Below the pieces are notes generated by a model, which worked only from the letters and a program-made list of their open reading frames with translations, made no database searches and was not told the DNA's origin. A stretch of 63,804 bases of DNA, the filler included, from Bigelowiella natans CCMP2755 (taxonomy: Eukaryota; Protista; Cercozoa): assembly GCA_000320545.1 (NCBI GenBank). It is 10 parts of 10 records of this genome, joined end to end, with 100 filler letters (N's around TTAATTAATTAA, not from the genome) between each part and the next. Parts side by side here need not be neighbours in the genome. Positions count along the whole stretch, not along the records: positions 20,684 to 32,682 come from ADNK01001177.1; positions 32,783 to 44,011 come from ADNK01002521.1; 8 more parts are not named here. One strand, written 5' to 3'. Below are positions 22,711 to 37,269 of the stretch, piece after piece; the stretch's first letter is position 1, and each line of letters opens with the position of its first letter. Position numbers and translations under genes: made by a program.

Positions 22711-24409
22711 GCCAGTGGGGATGTTCGTTTGTGATTGGCCAGAATCAATGGTGATGCGGAGGATGACGGCGATGACTACGGTGATGCAACGAAAGGCAAG
22801 TGCAAAATGAGCCCGCAAGTGTTTGCTACGAACTTAACAACAGTGCGTGCTTTTCACTGGAGGATGGTGAACAAGTTGGCATTCTTCCTGTGCATCCCAT
22901 GCACACATGTGAGATGCCAATACCACTCTAGCACTACTGGCTGGTTGACAGCAGACCTAGCAGCATGCATGCCCCACATTTCATTTCTTAACTACAATCA
23001 GTAGCAAAATTTCCAAAAAATCGCAACATGAAAATTTGCCCATTGACGACCTGCTGCTGAGCTGAATTTCTAGAGTGACACTGCAAAAATCCTACGAACA
23101 TCACATCTAGACATGTCAAATGCCCCACATTTCATTTCCCAACTGCTCCAGTGCAATCAGCGCGATGCGTGCTAGCGTGCACGTGTGCCACAGCTAGACA
23201 GGTTTTTCCCATCACCATGCGAATCATGTGAACACGCATCCCCCACCTTCGTTTGAAAACACGGTCGCGAAACAAACTGGCAATCCACAGCCCACAAAGG
23301 CTGTGTAGCAAAGAGGACTGCAACAAACACGAACCCACCTGGCTGGCCACCAGTCAAAAGCCAAAACCGTCCGTGCCAGCATGCCAGCTTGGCAGTTGCG
23401 CAGAGATGAAACAAGCGAAAAAGCCAGAAAGAAATGAAGGTTGAAACACCAAATGAACTAGCTAGCTAGCAAATCATTGATTGCAAGTTGACGTTCAACA
23501 GCCAACGCACGCCAGCACGGCTGGGTTGTGGACTGCTGGACTGGTCCAGTCTAGCAGTGGTTGTTTGACAACACTGGAACACGCTCTGGCGCTGGCTCTG
23601 GCCACTGGCCTGCATCAGTGGAGAGGATCACGAACTTTGCGTTCCAGTTTGGTGTTCCTCCGAAGCGAATCGATCGCATGAATTGGGGGGGAGGATCACC
23701 AAAAACATCCAAAGCCAACACGACGTTGAGGACGGGATTGTGATTGAGGAAAGTTGTTGGTTTTGTACTCGCTTCCTTGTCAAACAGGAAACAAATTTCT
23801 TGCAGCAACATCTGCCGGCTGGGGCGCCGAAACGATGCGGATGATGCAGGACACTTAGTGTGCTTTTCCATAGAATTTGTTGTCGTTGTGTGCATGTACA
23901 GGGGATTTGTGAAGATTTTTTCGAAAAGAAAAAAGCGCACGGCCCATATTTTTAATGGCCGACGAGAGCTGTTGCCAGTTTCCCCAGCCTCGCCTTTCGA
24001 ACTCGGTTAGATCATTTGAAAAAATGCCTCGAAAGGACATTGGTGGATAAATAACCACAATTCTCTTTTCGAACATGTTTGGGCGAGTATCTGTGCTGTG
24101 GGTGGGGGAATGGAAACCTAAAATCAAATGAACGAACATCGTCGAGTCTCGATTATCGCAACGTTTATTTATGTGTGGTTTGTACTGTACTTAAGATCAT
24201 CCCCAAACCCAATTTCCTGATATCATTTCCATCTTACAATGCACTCGTCAACCAAAGCATCTCGAAACTGCTGCCCTCTCTTTGACCTCCACATGGGTAC
24301 TTACCTGCCTACCCGCACACCCCTCAGGTGACCGGGGTCTGCAACAACGAGCAATCATCATAGAAGGGTTGCAAAACGATTGGATAGAAGCAAATTCTCA
24401 TTAGGAAAA

Positions 24410-26662
24410 ATGCCTTTCGTCACTGCAACCGTGAAGACGGTTGTCATCGCCTCGCTGCTGCTCCGCTTTGGCTTCTGGTTCACTACCTATCTCAATCCGG
24501 GCGCGAGAAGCGCAGGGGGGGTGGGGACAAGTCTTCGCCCTAAATTCGCCGTCACACCGGGGATGACTAACCGGCTCAACGCCCCCACACGCAACAGACG
24601 CGATTTTTGCCGCAGAGGGCCGCTCTCTCGTTGTCATTCCATTAATGCTTGCGGCATGCCTAGGGGAGGGGATTCAAGCTTTAAAAGCATCAAAGGGACT
24701 ATGAATGTCGCACCATCAACCTTCTCCATCCCGGCGGTTCCTCTGCGCCAGCGCGGCGTCCTTCCCCTTCCCCGCTCCACCATCGAATCCAGCGTGGCGG
24801 AGGATGTGGCCATCCGCGAGAAGGACGGGGCCGTGCCGGCCGAGCGGATACGCAACTTCTGCATCATCGCGCACATCGACCACGGCAAGTCGACGCTTGC
24901 AGACCGCCTCCTCGAGAACACGGGCGCTGTGGAGCAGCGGGAGATGAAGGCGCAACTCCTGGACAACATGGACCTGGAAAGGGAGCGAGGGATCACGATC
25001 AAGCTGCAGGCGGCACGCATGCAGTACAAGGCTAAGGACGGCGAGACGTACACGCTGAACCTCATCGATACCCCCGGCCACGTGGACTTCGCCTACGAGG
25101 TCTCGAGATCGCTGGCGGCGTGCGAGGGGGCCCTGCTTGTCGTCGACGCCGCGCAGGGGGTGCAGGCGCAGACGCTGGCCAACGCGTACCTCGCCATCAA
25201 CAACGACCTCGAGATCATCCCGGTGCTGAACAAGATTGACCTGCCACAAGCCGAGCCCGAGCGCGTGAAGGAGGAGATCGAATCCACCGTCGGTCTCGAC
25301 TGCAAGGACTGCATCGTCGCCTCGGCCAAGTCCGGCATCGGGATCGTTGACATCCTGGAGGCCGTCGTGGAGAGGATACCCCCCCCCTCCGCCTCCGCCG
25401 GAGACCCGCTCCGGGCGCTGATCTTCGACTCGTACTACGACGCGTTCCGCGGCGTGATCGTCTTCTTCCGGGTCATCGACGGCGTCATGCGCGCCCGCGA
25501 CAAGGTGCGGTTCCTCGCCTCCGGCAAGGAGTACGACGTCAACGAGGTGGGGGTGCTGACCGCCGGGGGCGAGAAGAAGGTGAGCGCGCTGTATGCGGGG
25601 GAGGTCGGCTACCTCTCGGCCTCGATCAAGAGCGTGGAGGACGCCGGCGTCGGGGACACGATCGCAAACGCACGCGAGCATAATAAAAACCCAGTGGCAG
25701 CGCTGCCGGGGTACCAGCCAGCGACGCCGATGGTGTATTGCGGCCTCTTCCCGACCGACACGGAGCAGTACCCTCTTCTTCGTGACGCGCTTGGAAAGCT
25801 GAAGCTCAATGATGCGGCGCTTGCGTACGAGCCTGAGGTGTCTAGCGCGATGGGGTTTGGCTTTCGATGCGGGTTCCTCGGTCTGCTGCACATGGAGATC
25901 GTGCAGGAGAGGCTCGAGCGCGAGTATGACCTGGACCTCATCGTCACGGCCCCGAGCGTGGTGTACAAGGTGCGCAACCCGGACGGGAGCGAGTACACGG
26001 TGGAGACGCCGTCAAAGATGCCGGACGCCGAGAAGTCGCTGGTGTTCCTCGAGCCGTTCTGCAAGATGGAGATGATCACGCCCAAGGAGTACGTGGGGTC
26101 GCTCATGGATCTCGCGCAGACGAGGCGCGGCGAGATGCTGGACCTGAAGTTCCTCACCCCGGAGCGCTCCATGCTCGTCTACAAGCTGCCCCTGGCGGAG
26201 GTGATCACGGACTTCTTCGACCAGATGAAGTCGCGCAGCCAGGGCTACGCAAGCATGGAGTACACGCTCACCGGCTACGAGGAGCAGAAGCTCAACCGGC
26301 TGGACATCCTCATCAACGGCGAGATGGCGGCGCCGCTCTCCACGGTCTGCCACCGCGACTCCGCGTACGACATCGGCAAGGCGCTCACGAGCAAGCTGAA
26401 GGAGCTCATCCCGCGCCAGCAGTTCCCCGTGCCCATCCAGGCGGCGATCGGGGCCAAGATCGTGGCCTCCTCCAAGATCCCCGCCGTGCGCAAGGACGTC
26501 CTGGCCAAGTGCTACGGCGGCGATATCTCGCGGAAGAAGAAGCTGCTGCAGAAGCAGGCCAAGGGAAAGAAGAGGATGAAGATGATGGGCAAGGTCAACG
26601 TACCTCAGGAGGCGTTTATGGCGGTGCTGAACGTCCGCGACGAGGGAGGCTCCTCGAAGTAG
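24410..26662 (+). CDS. lepA: translation factor LepA/EF4/GUF1, probably plastid-targeted, intronless
   Basis: [77 protein letters not shown]; ~140-aa N-terminal extension with a hydrophobic then an R/S-rich part; first ATG 24410. Confidence 0.97.
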   Translation: MPFVTATVKTVVIASLLLRFGFWFTTYLNPGARSAGGVGTSLRPKFAVTPGMTNRLNAPTRNRRDFCRRGPLSRCHSINACGMPRGGDSSFKSIKGTMNVAPSTFSIPAVPLRQRGVLPLPRSTIESSVAEDVAIREKDGAVPAERIRNFCIIAHIDHGKSTLADRLLENTGAVEQREMKAQLLDNMDLERERGITIKLQAARMQYKAKDGETYTLNLIDTPGHVDFAYEVSRSLAACEGALLVVDAAQGVQAQTLANAYLAINNDLEIIPVLNKIDLPQAEPERVKEEIESTVGLDCKDCIVASAKSGIGIVDILEAVVERIPPPSASAGDPLRALIFDSYYDAFRGVIVFFRVIDGVMRARDKVRFLASGKEYDVNEVGVLTAGGEKKVSALYAGEVGYLSASIKSVEDAGVGDTIANAREHNKNPVAALPGYQPATPMVYCGLFPTDTEQYPLLRDALGKLKLNDAALAYEPEVSSAMGFGFRCGFLGLLHMEIVQERLEREYDLDLIVTAPSVVYKVRNPDGSEYTVETPSKMPDAEKSLVFLEPFCKMEMITPKEYVGSLMDLAQTRRGEMLDLKFLTPERSMLVYKLPLAEVITDFFDQMKSRSQGYASMEYTLTGYEEQKLNRLDILINGEMAAPLSTVCHRDSAYDIGKALTSKLKELIPRQQFPVPIQAAIGAKIVASSKIPAVRKDVLAKCYGGDISRKKKLLQKQAKGKKRMKMMGKVNVPQEAFMAVLNVRDEGGSSK

Positions 26663-27889
26663 GCTAGCTTTTATATGGAAATCGTGGGTTAATGACCCGA
26701 CCTAAAGGGGGGGGGGGGGGGGGGAATGCTTAGATATTGTCGTCCGAACAGTAGTAGAGCTAGCCGCTGTGGCGTGACGAGGTTTTTTGGTTTGAGAAGA
26801 GTCTAAGGAGTAAGTCAAATAGTGATATAGCAATGATGGGGATCGACGGTGAATCGTGATGCGAGATGAAAGCGGGTAAAACATTTACAAAATCTACCTA
26901 TGAATGAGGTTGTGCAGCTACGGTGTGCATAGTGTTTCGTTACAGTTTTGATGCATGCATCTTTTCCCGCACACGACTCATTGCAGTACGTTCAGTCGTA
27001 AGGTGGCCAAATTCTACAGAGTTGGCACCCATCATCAAAGTAAAATTTTAGCGAGTCGTCATAAAAATGTACTTCATCAATGAGATCGTATCAAGCGAGA
27101 TATTTCTTCGTGTAGACTGCATGATCTAGATGATCTGTGTACATCTAGTCATCATCTCTAGATCTCTAGATCTAGACGTACAGGTGACCTGTTCTAGTGT
27201 TATCGTGTTCCTGGCGAATGCCGATAATTCTAGAATTGCTGCTGCTTTGAACTGCACAGTCGCATGTAGCTCATACGTGCTTACTAGCTAGCTTGTCTGG
27301 TTGTGCGCGCATGCATTCCATGTCTAGCTAGCTCTAGAAGTAGATGCCTAGCTAGCTAGCTAGCTAGATGTGTAGATAGAAGGCGCATGATGTGAACTGC
27401 ACCTTACTAGCCAGTCCAGTAGTGTGTCTGCGGTTGGGCTGCTGACATCCAGATAGCAAATGGTAGCAATCATGGCCCTCACTCTAGCACTAGCCACGCA
27501 CGCAGCTAGCTAGCTAGACAGCACAACAGCACTAGAGCACGCCAGCTAGCCAGCATGCAGACAATGACCCAATCTAGCCAATGCATCACATGTAGCTCTA
27601 GAGCTGAAGACATCTTGAGGGTTGCGCCACCATTCTGGCATTGCAGCTGCTATCTAATCATTTGCTGCACGCACACATCTAGACATACATGTTGTAGACG
27701 ACAAGCCAATCGTACATGTTGCATGACACGTAGCTAATGCGATGCATAGAAACAATGGAACGCAATGCGCCGTTGCAAGAGATTGAGATGTTTAGGCTGA
27801 TCAAGGTATTGTTATCATGCTATCGTTCGATTTGTGTTTCAATTTGTCATAAATGGATTTGATGGCGAACCCGAAGCAAGAAAACATCA

Positions 27890-29278
<1,389 letters not shown>

Positions 29279-29651
29279 GATCCTTCACTGTGCGCCTTGG
29301 TGCTGCTTGTTATTCAGACTCTATACCCCCCTAAGGAAAGGCGCGTGAGAATAAAACCGAAGGTATTCTTACATGACGACAACATGATCATAAACATTTC
29401 ATGAAAAATCCTAACGACCACAGAAATCGTAATCTCATGGTTTCAGCCTGACAGCAATTTTCGACCCTTGAGCCGAAAAATAAGGTTGCATGATTCCTGC
29501 GGGATTCACACGGAATCCATTCCTGTTCCAAGTCGTAGATTCTTTATTGCGGCCCTTCAAAGCAAGTCGCAGTTTCTTCAAAATGTTATGGTTTTGGATA
29601 CTGCGACTTCAACTTTGCTCCGCTGGCCGCTGGCTGAGAGGCCTCGAAAGA

Positions 29652-31396
29652 ATGGCTGACGCTGGCGACGATTTCTACCTCACTGGGTGTGGATAATTAT
29701 CTATTTGTGAAAATTCGTCGCCTCAGTCATCTTCTCAAGTTAGGCAGAAGTTTTAAAAGTTATTTTAATTTTTGGGGATGTGCTTCTGTGTCCAAAAGAG
29801 AAATTAACATTAAATAGCTCATTGTGCCATGAAGACACTTATTTTGTTACTCACGATCTAAAACCTGCTAGATTCAACAACATACATGTGATGTTTTCGT
29901 TTTATTGATATGCTACATGAAAATAATCGACAGAGTATTTTGTGTACAGAAGTACAGTAGCGACAACTTTGGGTGAATACGGAGATGAGACTGGATTAAA
30001 TTTCGAAGGTCATATGATCGTTGACACAAATTTGCACGCTGCACATGTATTCTGTATTCCTAATCTAGCAAATTTATAAACTACAAAGACAATAGGAATA
30101 ATCTTGACGGTCTTTGTTCATGTGATAAATGTTGCTCCAGGTTGTTTTGTAATAATCTATTGTTGAGTATAGAATCATGATGATCCTTAATTATTCCTAC
30201 TCGGTATTTAGCTGTGAACGTTGTCTCCAGCAAACGGTAGATTAGTTTATCGATCTAAAAAAGTATTCTTTATCATACGTCTACAACCTAACAGTGCGGT
30301 CATTGCGATTCGCGGTATGATTACTGTTTGGGAATATTTGCTGAATTTCTCTGTATTCGACAACCATCACGGTACGTGAATTAGCACACCTTTTATCACT
30401 AACACTCTCACCGATGAATACTTTTGGTACTCACTTAGCCCTACGGTTTTCTTCATGCAGATCTTCTGTATTGTGATGATTGTAAAACAAATTTTAGACA
30501 TAATCATTTGCGTTTGAAATGTTGACAGTTGTGTGTGGTTAGTTAGTTGGAGCGTTAATTACTTTAACTGGGCGTGGGTAATAACGATTTAATCTCATTT
30601 TCACTTGGAATAGAATATGAAGTAATTTGTATGCTAGACTTTTGAGTGTACTTCAAGGAGTCTTCGGAATCTTATTTGGAATCGAAGGATTTACGGGCTA
30701 CACCACGTACAACCTACAGATAATTCGACGGTTCACTGTATTATTATTCATTTATTTAATAGCGACTGGAATAATTGGTAGTGTCATCATTTATCTAACA
30801 AATATACGCGGCAACAAATTCATCAGAGGTCTAATACTGTTGCCAGGAACATTCAATCTGATTACCATCAACCAATTTTGCAGCACTGCTGACGACACGG
30901 ACAGGTTGACTTCAAATGTTTGTGTTGGTGTTACTTGTCTTATATCTCAACTGTCTTAGGTGTAGAGAGCAAGCTGAATTCAACGCCTATGGCCTACTTT
31001 TGGGGGGAAGCATTTCTTTGGTTTGTTCAACATGATCCGATTGTATAAAAAAGCTAACCTGTGCTTCTTATGTAGTTCACATTCCTTCTTGCAACGAGGC
31101 GCTGGTTGAGACGAGCAAGCAATATTTCACGTTCAATAAAGGATCCACCGGAAGAAAAGAGTGCCATATCCACCACTTCTGGTCCATTTAGGAGGTCAGC
31201 AAGAGGCAACAGAGCAATTTCACTATTTGGGAGACGAGGCTATCATCTGTGGCTAAGGGATGCAAAGACACGTGCTCGGGGAATTTTTGGAAGTCAGATG
31301 AAAAGTCCTAAGCGAGCACAGCTAGCAGCCCATCATCAATCTACCCTGGTGGAAATTCCTAGTTCAGTCTCCGAAGAGGGACAAGCGTATGATTAA
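29652..31396 (+). CDS. multi-exon membrane protein of unknown function with many short AT-rich introns
   Basis: MADAGDDFYLT..., STVATTLGEYGDETGLNFE, hydrophobic exons LLSVLQGVFGILFGIEGFTG and ATGIIGSVIIYLT, last exon FTFLLATRRWLRR...QAYD*. Confidence 0.55.
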
Positions 31397-31776
31397 ACCT
31401 GTAGCTGTCAGCTCAAACCGTATCAGTGTGGCCTTGCTAGTTTTGCACATTCATTTTGAGGTTTCACATGCTGCATGCCATCTTTGTATCTTCCGTAGAT
31501 GCGATCTCAATGCAATGACTAGCTAGCTAGCTAGCGAGACGGCAGCTAGCTAGACAATCTAGCGATGCCTGTCAGTTGACAGCGCAGAGCGTGCGTCAAT
31601 TGACACTTCTACATTTTCCAATGCAGCACTAGCTAGCTAGAGCACTCTAGCACTAAGCATGACAGACTTAGATGTAGCTAGTTATTAGGAGCATCAGTAG
31701 GTAGATAGTTCTAGAGCTCTGCTGCTGCATGCCATCTCTAGATCTAGTCATTTTCGACTGCAACTCTAGATGTGGC

Positions 31777-32682
31777 TGTAGCGCGTACCACTACGCGGGC
31801 ACAAGTCACGTGCGACAACAAAGGGGTTGTCGCGGATATAGAATATAGATAACGTAGATATTAATACAGCATAGGCACGTGGGTTCCGGCGGGACTCATG
31901 GCAGCACACCGGAAGTGTGCTGCCCCACGTGCGGCGGCATTCGCGAAAGCTTCGCGAATGATTACGCAGTGCACGATTTAATAAAAATATAATCTTTAAT
32001 AAAAATAAACACAACTCTTCAAAAGGAAGCAAACGTGCCTTTCCCCCCCCCTGCCTACTTGTGCACGTAGCGCCTCGGCCTGTGAACACCTTACGCGCAA
32101 CAACCTTTGGCTTCCACACACGGGAAACGATTTGACTAACAATGTCACAGCAGCTAGAAGAACAGCAGGACTTTGGCTCGCAGGCCGTGCAAGGGCACGA
32201 GCAGAAACAGGAAAGGAAGGGCGATACGGACGCTAAGGAAGGAGGAGGAACACCTCCACAGGCACCGCCGGGACCAGCACCCGGGATTAAGAAAGCAGAT
32301 GCAGCAGCAGAGGCACTGGAGAACTTCTACGAGGCGGACGACGAGGACGTGGCCGCCGAAAGCAAGAAGGTCGTAATGGCATTACGAGCCTTGCGACCCA
32401 GGGCGAGCAACTACGCCAAACTGAAAGTATCGATAGAATACAAGTATCAGACACATGATGTTTGGGCAGCTATCATGCAGGACATCATGGATTACGAAGC
32501 AGACTTACCTCCAGAGTGGGCAGCTTTGTTTAGGAACGACGGGGGTCTGGGCGCCTCGCGGGGGACGACCCAGAGCACCGTCAAGCAGCAGCAGCCGGTA
32601 CAGCGGAACACCCAGTTCATGTCTGTTAAAACAGCACCGGTTATGATAACGAAATACAACGGGAAAAGAGGTGAGGCAAGGA
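31777..32682 (+). mobile_element. LTR retrotransposon copy 2: 5' LTR (31777-32102), PBS (32108-32125), gag start (32142), truncated by contig end
   Basis: reverse complement of copy 1's 5' end; identical Gag translation for 180 aa; 5' flank TGGC. Confidence 0.96.
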
Positions 32683-32915
32683 NNNNNNNNNNNNNNNNNN
32701 NNNNNNNNNNNNNNNNNNNNNNNNNNTTAATTAATTAANNNNNNNNNNNNNNNNNNNNNNNNNNNNNNNNNNNNNNNNNNNNCTCTCTCTCTCCTCCTCT
32801 CTCTCTCTCCCTTTTTGCTAACGATTCCAAAAAATTGTTCATTTTCCATCGCATGGAAATCTGCTACTGGCATGATGATGTCACACAACTGACTGATAAC
32901 GTTGCTGCTGCTCAG

Positions 32916-34643
32916 CTCCTTGTGGCGCTACCGATATTGGAAAAATCAGGAAGCATGCCTATCGATAAGGCCAGTTTATCCATCATGGGTGCTGCTTTTC
33001 TCAAAGCAATGGGAGGTTGTAGCAATAGTAATCCAGCAGCAGGAGGAGGAGGCATTATTTTACATCTATATATAACCGAAAATCACACGGAATTTGCGAT
33101 GAAGAAGCACTCAGTACTCGTTGTAATGAAATCTCATTATCAGGGCTTGGACTCTTGGTGCTGATATCTCGGTTGTTTCTCCGACGAGTGTTTGAGGTCA
33201 GATGATATATAAGGCCAACGACACCTAATCGATACAACGAGTGTGTATCAAGTTCATCATCATGATCATCACCATCTATGGCACCGCCACTTGCGTTTGT
33301 CAGGTGGTAGCTCAAACGAGGTCCCCCGAGACGTTCGTTGCGTTGTGCTTATTCACATGCACGGTATGCATGCACCATACATGATAAGCCCATACTAGAG
33401 GATGGGGGCATTGCAGGAGTGTACCGAAGCAGCATTTTTCCAGCTACTCGCTATTCTCTTCCTATGATATTTAAAATGAGAAGAATAATCTTAATTCCTC
33501 TCCCTTTCTTTCTTCAAGGGTATAGCATCGCTGACGTCAAAACTTGGATTTTCTGACACACTGGGGGCTTTTCTGGCTGGTGCCCTCCTCGCAGATACGA
33601 ATTACCGAGCCCAGGTGTTTGCGGGAAGGGGGGGGGGAGAGGGCGGGGGGGGGGGGGGGGGGTTGGGCGCTCTAGTGTAGCAACCAAAGTACGGATGCAA
33701 ATTAAAAAATGATCAGAATATATCGAGATGTGTGAAAGAAATACTGTTATATGCACTCATGCCCTGTCATCATCCTTGGTACAACAGGTTGAAGCTGATT
33801 TGAGGCCGTTCAAAGGGCTGCTACTAGGGTTATTCTTCGTGACCACCGGCGCTCGAGTGGAGTGGGTTGTTCTTCTTCCGATATTTCCTAACATTTCCTC
33901 ACTATAAGTGAGTTGTTGCGAACGCTATATAGTAACAAATTACAACAACTTCCTTTGATTTACAGGACATGATCGTGCAAGAATGGCCTGTGATCATGGT
34001 GATGCTGACAGGGCTATTCTCCATCAAAACATTTCTGACCGCTCTCTCAGGTCGCATAAAGCACTTTTATCTTAGAAGATCCGTACACCTACAATCCTAT
34101 GTTCTCCATGTCTTTCTTCTTCATCTTCATCTCCATCATCATCCTTAGGTCGATTAGCTGGATTATCACCAGCAGAGGCCATTCGTACTGGATTTCTTCT
34201 ATCACAGGTTGTGATATTGATTGAAGCAGCAGGAGGAGATGTAAAGGAGGAGGAGGAAGAGGAAGATACTGGGGACCTTCACGAAGATTTATGAGATCCC
34301 CCTCCCCCCTCCCCCTCATATATACAATTATCATCATTATCATCATCATTATAGAGTCTCCGTGATACTGACAATCACGCACGTGCTTGTCGTCATTGTC
34401 AGGGAGGGGAATTCGCTTTCGTGGTTCTATCGCTTGCACAACAATTAGGTGTGGATGGTGATGATGGTGATGATGATGATGATGATGATGATGTCATTTC
34501 TGATATCTAACCATCAACATCGTACATATATTGATATAAAGTATGAACGACAACCCTCAGGCGTGCTTCCTGAGCAATTGAATCGAGTACTTGTGATTGT
34601 TGTTATCCTGTCGCTCTTTGCAACACCGAGCCTATCAGAATTC

Positions 34644-34681
<38 letters not shown>

Positions 34682-36946
34682 TTACATTTTATGACTAATT
34701 CCATACTGAAAACAACGATGAGTTTTGGTTTGTGACACGAATAAATGCTGATTCGTAGTAGTGGAAAAACCGTAGTTTTATTTGCAGTAGTTAGTTAATG
34801 ATGTTTCAATTGTTCTATACATGTACTGCTCGCATTGTTATCTTGACGATCTCATCACCATCGGCTTCGTCCTCTCTCAGGAGCTCTAGCAGCCAACAAA
34901 CTTGAGGAGAGTACGCGACAGGTATGATATCATGCAATCTAACCAACACATCATGGGAGATAACAAGGAGAGTTATGATCAAGAGGACAAAAGATCGACG
35001 CATTATCTGTACCTTCATATCGTCACCCCCCCCCCCCCCCCCCCTTACTTTTATTGACATTACCTCTTCTTTTCCCTTCTCTCCCCCATTGCTCTCAGGA
35101 GCGTAATATACGTGAAAGCATACGAAAAAGCGATCCAACGTTACCGCTGGGGTCTTCGTCGTTGGAGGGAACAAAACTCTCCCTCCCCCCCCAAGATGCT
35201 GACGGTGCTCTTGCCATCACTCGCGAGGAGATATCTCCTTCTTCTTCTCCTCCTCCTCCTCCCGCTGCTGCTCCTGCTGCCGCTGCTACTCCTCCTGAGG
35301 CTGAGAAAGTGAAAGAACTTCAAGAGCCAGTCATTATATGCGGCTTTGGAAGAAAAGGGCAGGTGTGTGCAGTAGTGCAGTAATGTTTTATATCCTCCTT
35401 GAGGAGTAAGTAGTAGTAGTAGTAGTTGTTGTTGTTGTAGTAGCACTTGCAGTAATTGGGAGAAGGATGAGTGTGCAGTATGAAGTAGCAGTGTGTTTGC
35501 GTGCTTGTTGTATGGTTGCTCACAACATCATATTCAAATAAAACTTGAAACCCCCTCCATCGTAAGGCTTGAGCGGATATCTCCCCCCCCCCCCCCCTTT
35601 CACAAACACACACGAACACACACACAACACACACGTACCTTAGGTACTAGCATCGATGCTGTCCTCGCCTCTCCTGTCGCGTACAGTTGATTACATTGCG
35701 TTGGACTACGACCCTGACGTAGTAAATTTGGCGCAAGCGGTGAGTCCTTAGTCTTGTCTCGACTTGTTTTTCTTGCTTAAGAAGGGGGGGGGGGGGGGGG
35801 GGTTTGGGGGCGCGCTCCGGGGGGGGGGGGGGGTCTCCCCCGAGCGATTAGAGTACATCGGCCTCCTTGTTTTTAAACGCGTAGATGATTAATGGCTACT
35901 AATTAGGAGGGGTTTCGAGTCGTTTATGGGGAAGCTGCCCCAAATCTTGTATCATCCCTCGGTAGTAGTAGTAGTAGTTGTAGCATCATGATGATGATGA
36001 TGAGGAGGAGGAGGAGGAGGAGGAGGGGGAGGGAATACCCATCGAAAACATAACCAATACTTACTATATGACAACGCTAACAGAGCGACAAGATAAATCT
36101 TGAGATATCTTCCACTTTTCTTTCTCCTCCTCCTCCTCCTCCTCCTCCTCCTCCTCCTCCCCCTCCTCATCGTCGTCATTATCACCATTGGTTATTGTAG
36201 CAGCAGCATCTTAATGATTTTGATTGCCTTTCATTTATTCTGTTATATTACGCTGCCATTTATTTTAGGCCTGGGAACTCCAAGAGCAATCGTTGTTACT
36301 TTTGATGAAATAGGTATAATTTACGTGCGTGTGCGTGTGTGTGTGTGTGCACGGGTAGGTGTTTTGATGGCATTGAATATGTTATCAGAAAAGTCCATCT
36401 CCGCGGTCTCTCAATTCAAATCGGCCTACCCCCAGGCAATTAAAGAATTTTAAATTTCAAACGAATCCAACAAGCACCTGGTTTCAAAAAGCATGATGCA
36501 CACACACACAGATATATACTACATATATAAACATGGACTCATCTGTGATGAGCCATGTGCGAGGAAATCCCACGAAACATCTTCCCTAATCTTACATGCC
36601 CTTCTCATGCTGACAATTATCATGTACGTGTTTAATATGTCCGTATTAGAAAATGAGGGGGTGCTTCTTCTACTACTACTACTACTACTACTACTACTTA
36701 CTACTACCACTATTGCTTTAGATTCCAGTCTTCGCAACAGCACGTGATATGCGACACGCCATTCTCCTCGATAAAGCTGGGGTCAGTAGTTGTGCATGAA
36801 TTCTGTCCTTCTTTACTTGTTTCCAAGTATTATTTTGGTTTCAGAAGAAACGATAAAATTCTAAATAGTGACTGCTGTGAGGGGGGAGAGGGGAGGGGGA
36901 CTCTGTTTTGATTGCCTGTCGTATTCATTTATGCGTGCCGTGGGTA

Positions 36947-36985
<39 letters not shown>

Positions 36986-37237
36986 TGGCGGTGACGTATC
37001 ATGTCTATATTGATTGTTCTTGCATTCTGAAAACTGGGGGAGGGCGAGGATAATATGAGTGCGTTTATTCCTTATCATTATCATCATCTGCATCATCACC
37101 ATTTTTAGTGTGTGCTCCTTTGTGTTGTTAATTCAATTGACCAATCGATCATCAGGCCGATTCTGAAATTGTAGAGATAAACCAAAATGCTATGGCATTA
37201 TGCAAGCAGGTGCGTTGGAGGGGTGAGAGGAAAGAAG

Positions 37238-37269
<32 letters not shown>

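Noticed and set aside
23551-24290. Possible small gene upstream of lepA
   Set aside because: No consistent exon chain or motif could be supported.
24716-25891. 391-aa antisense ORF and other overlapping ORFs in lepA
   Set aside because: Expected shadow ORFs of very high GC3; no recognisable motifs.
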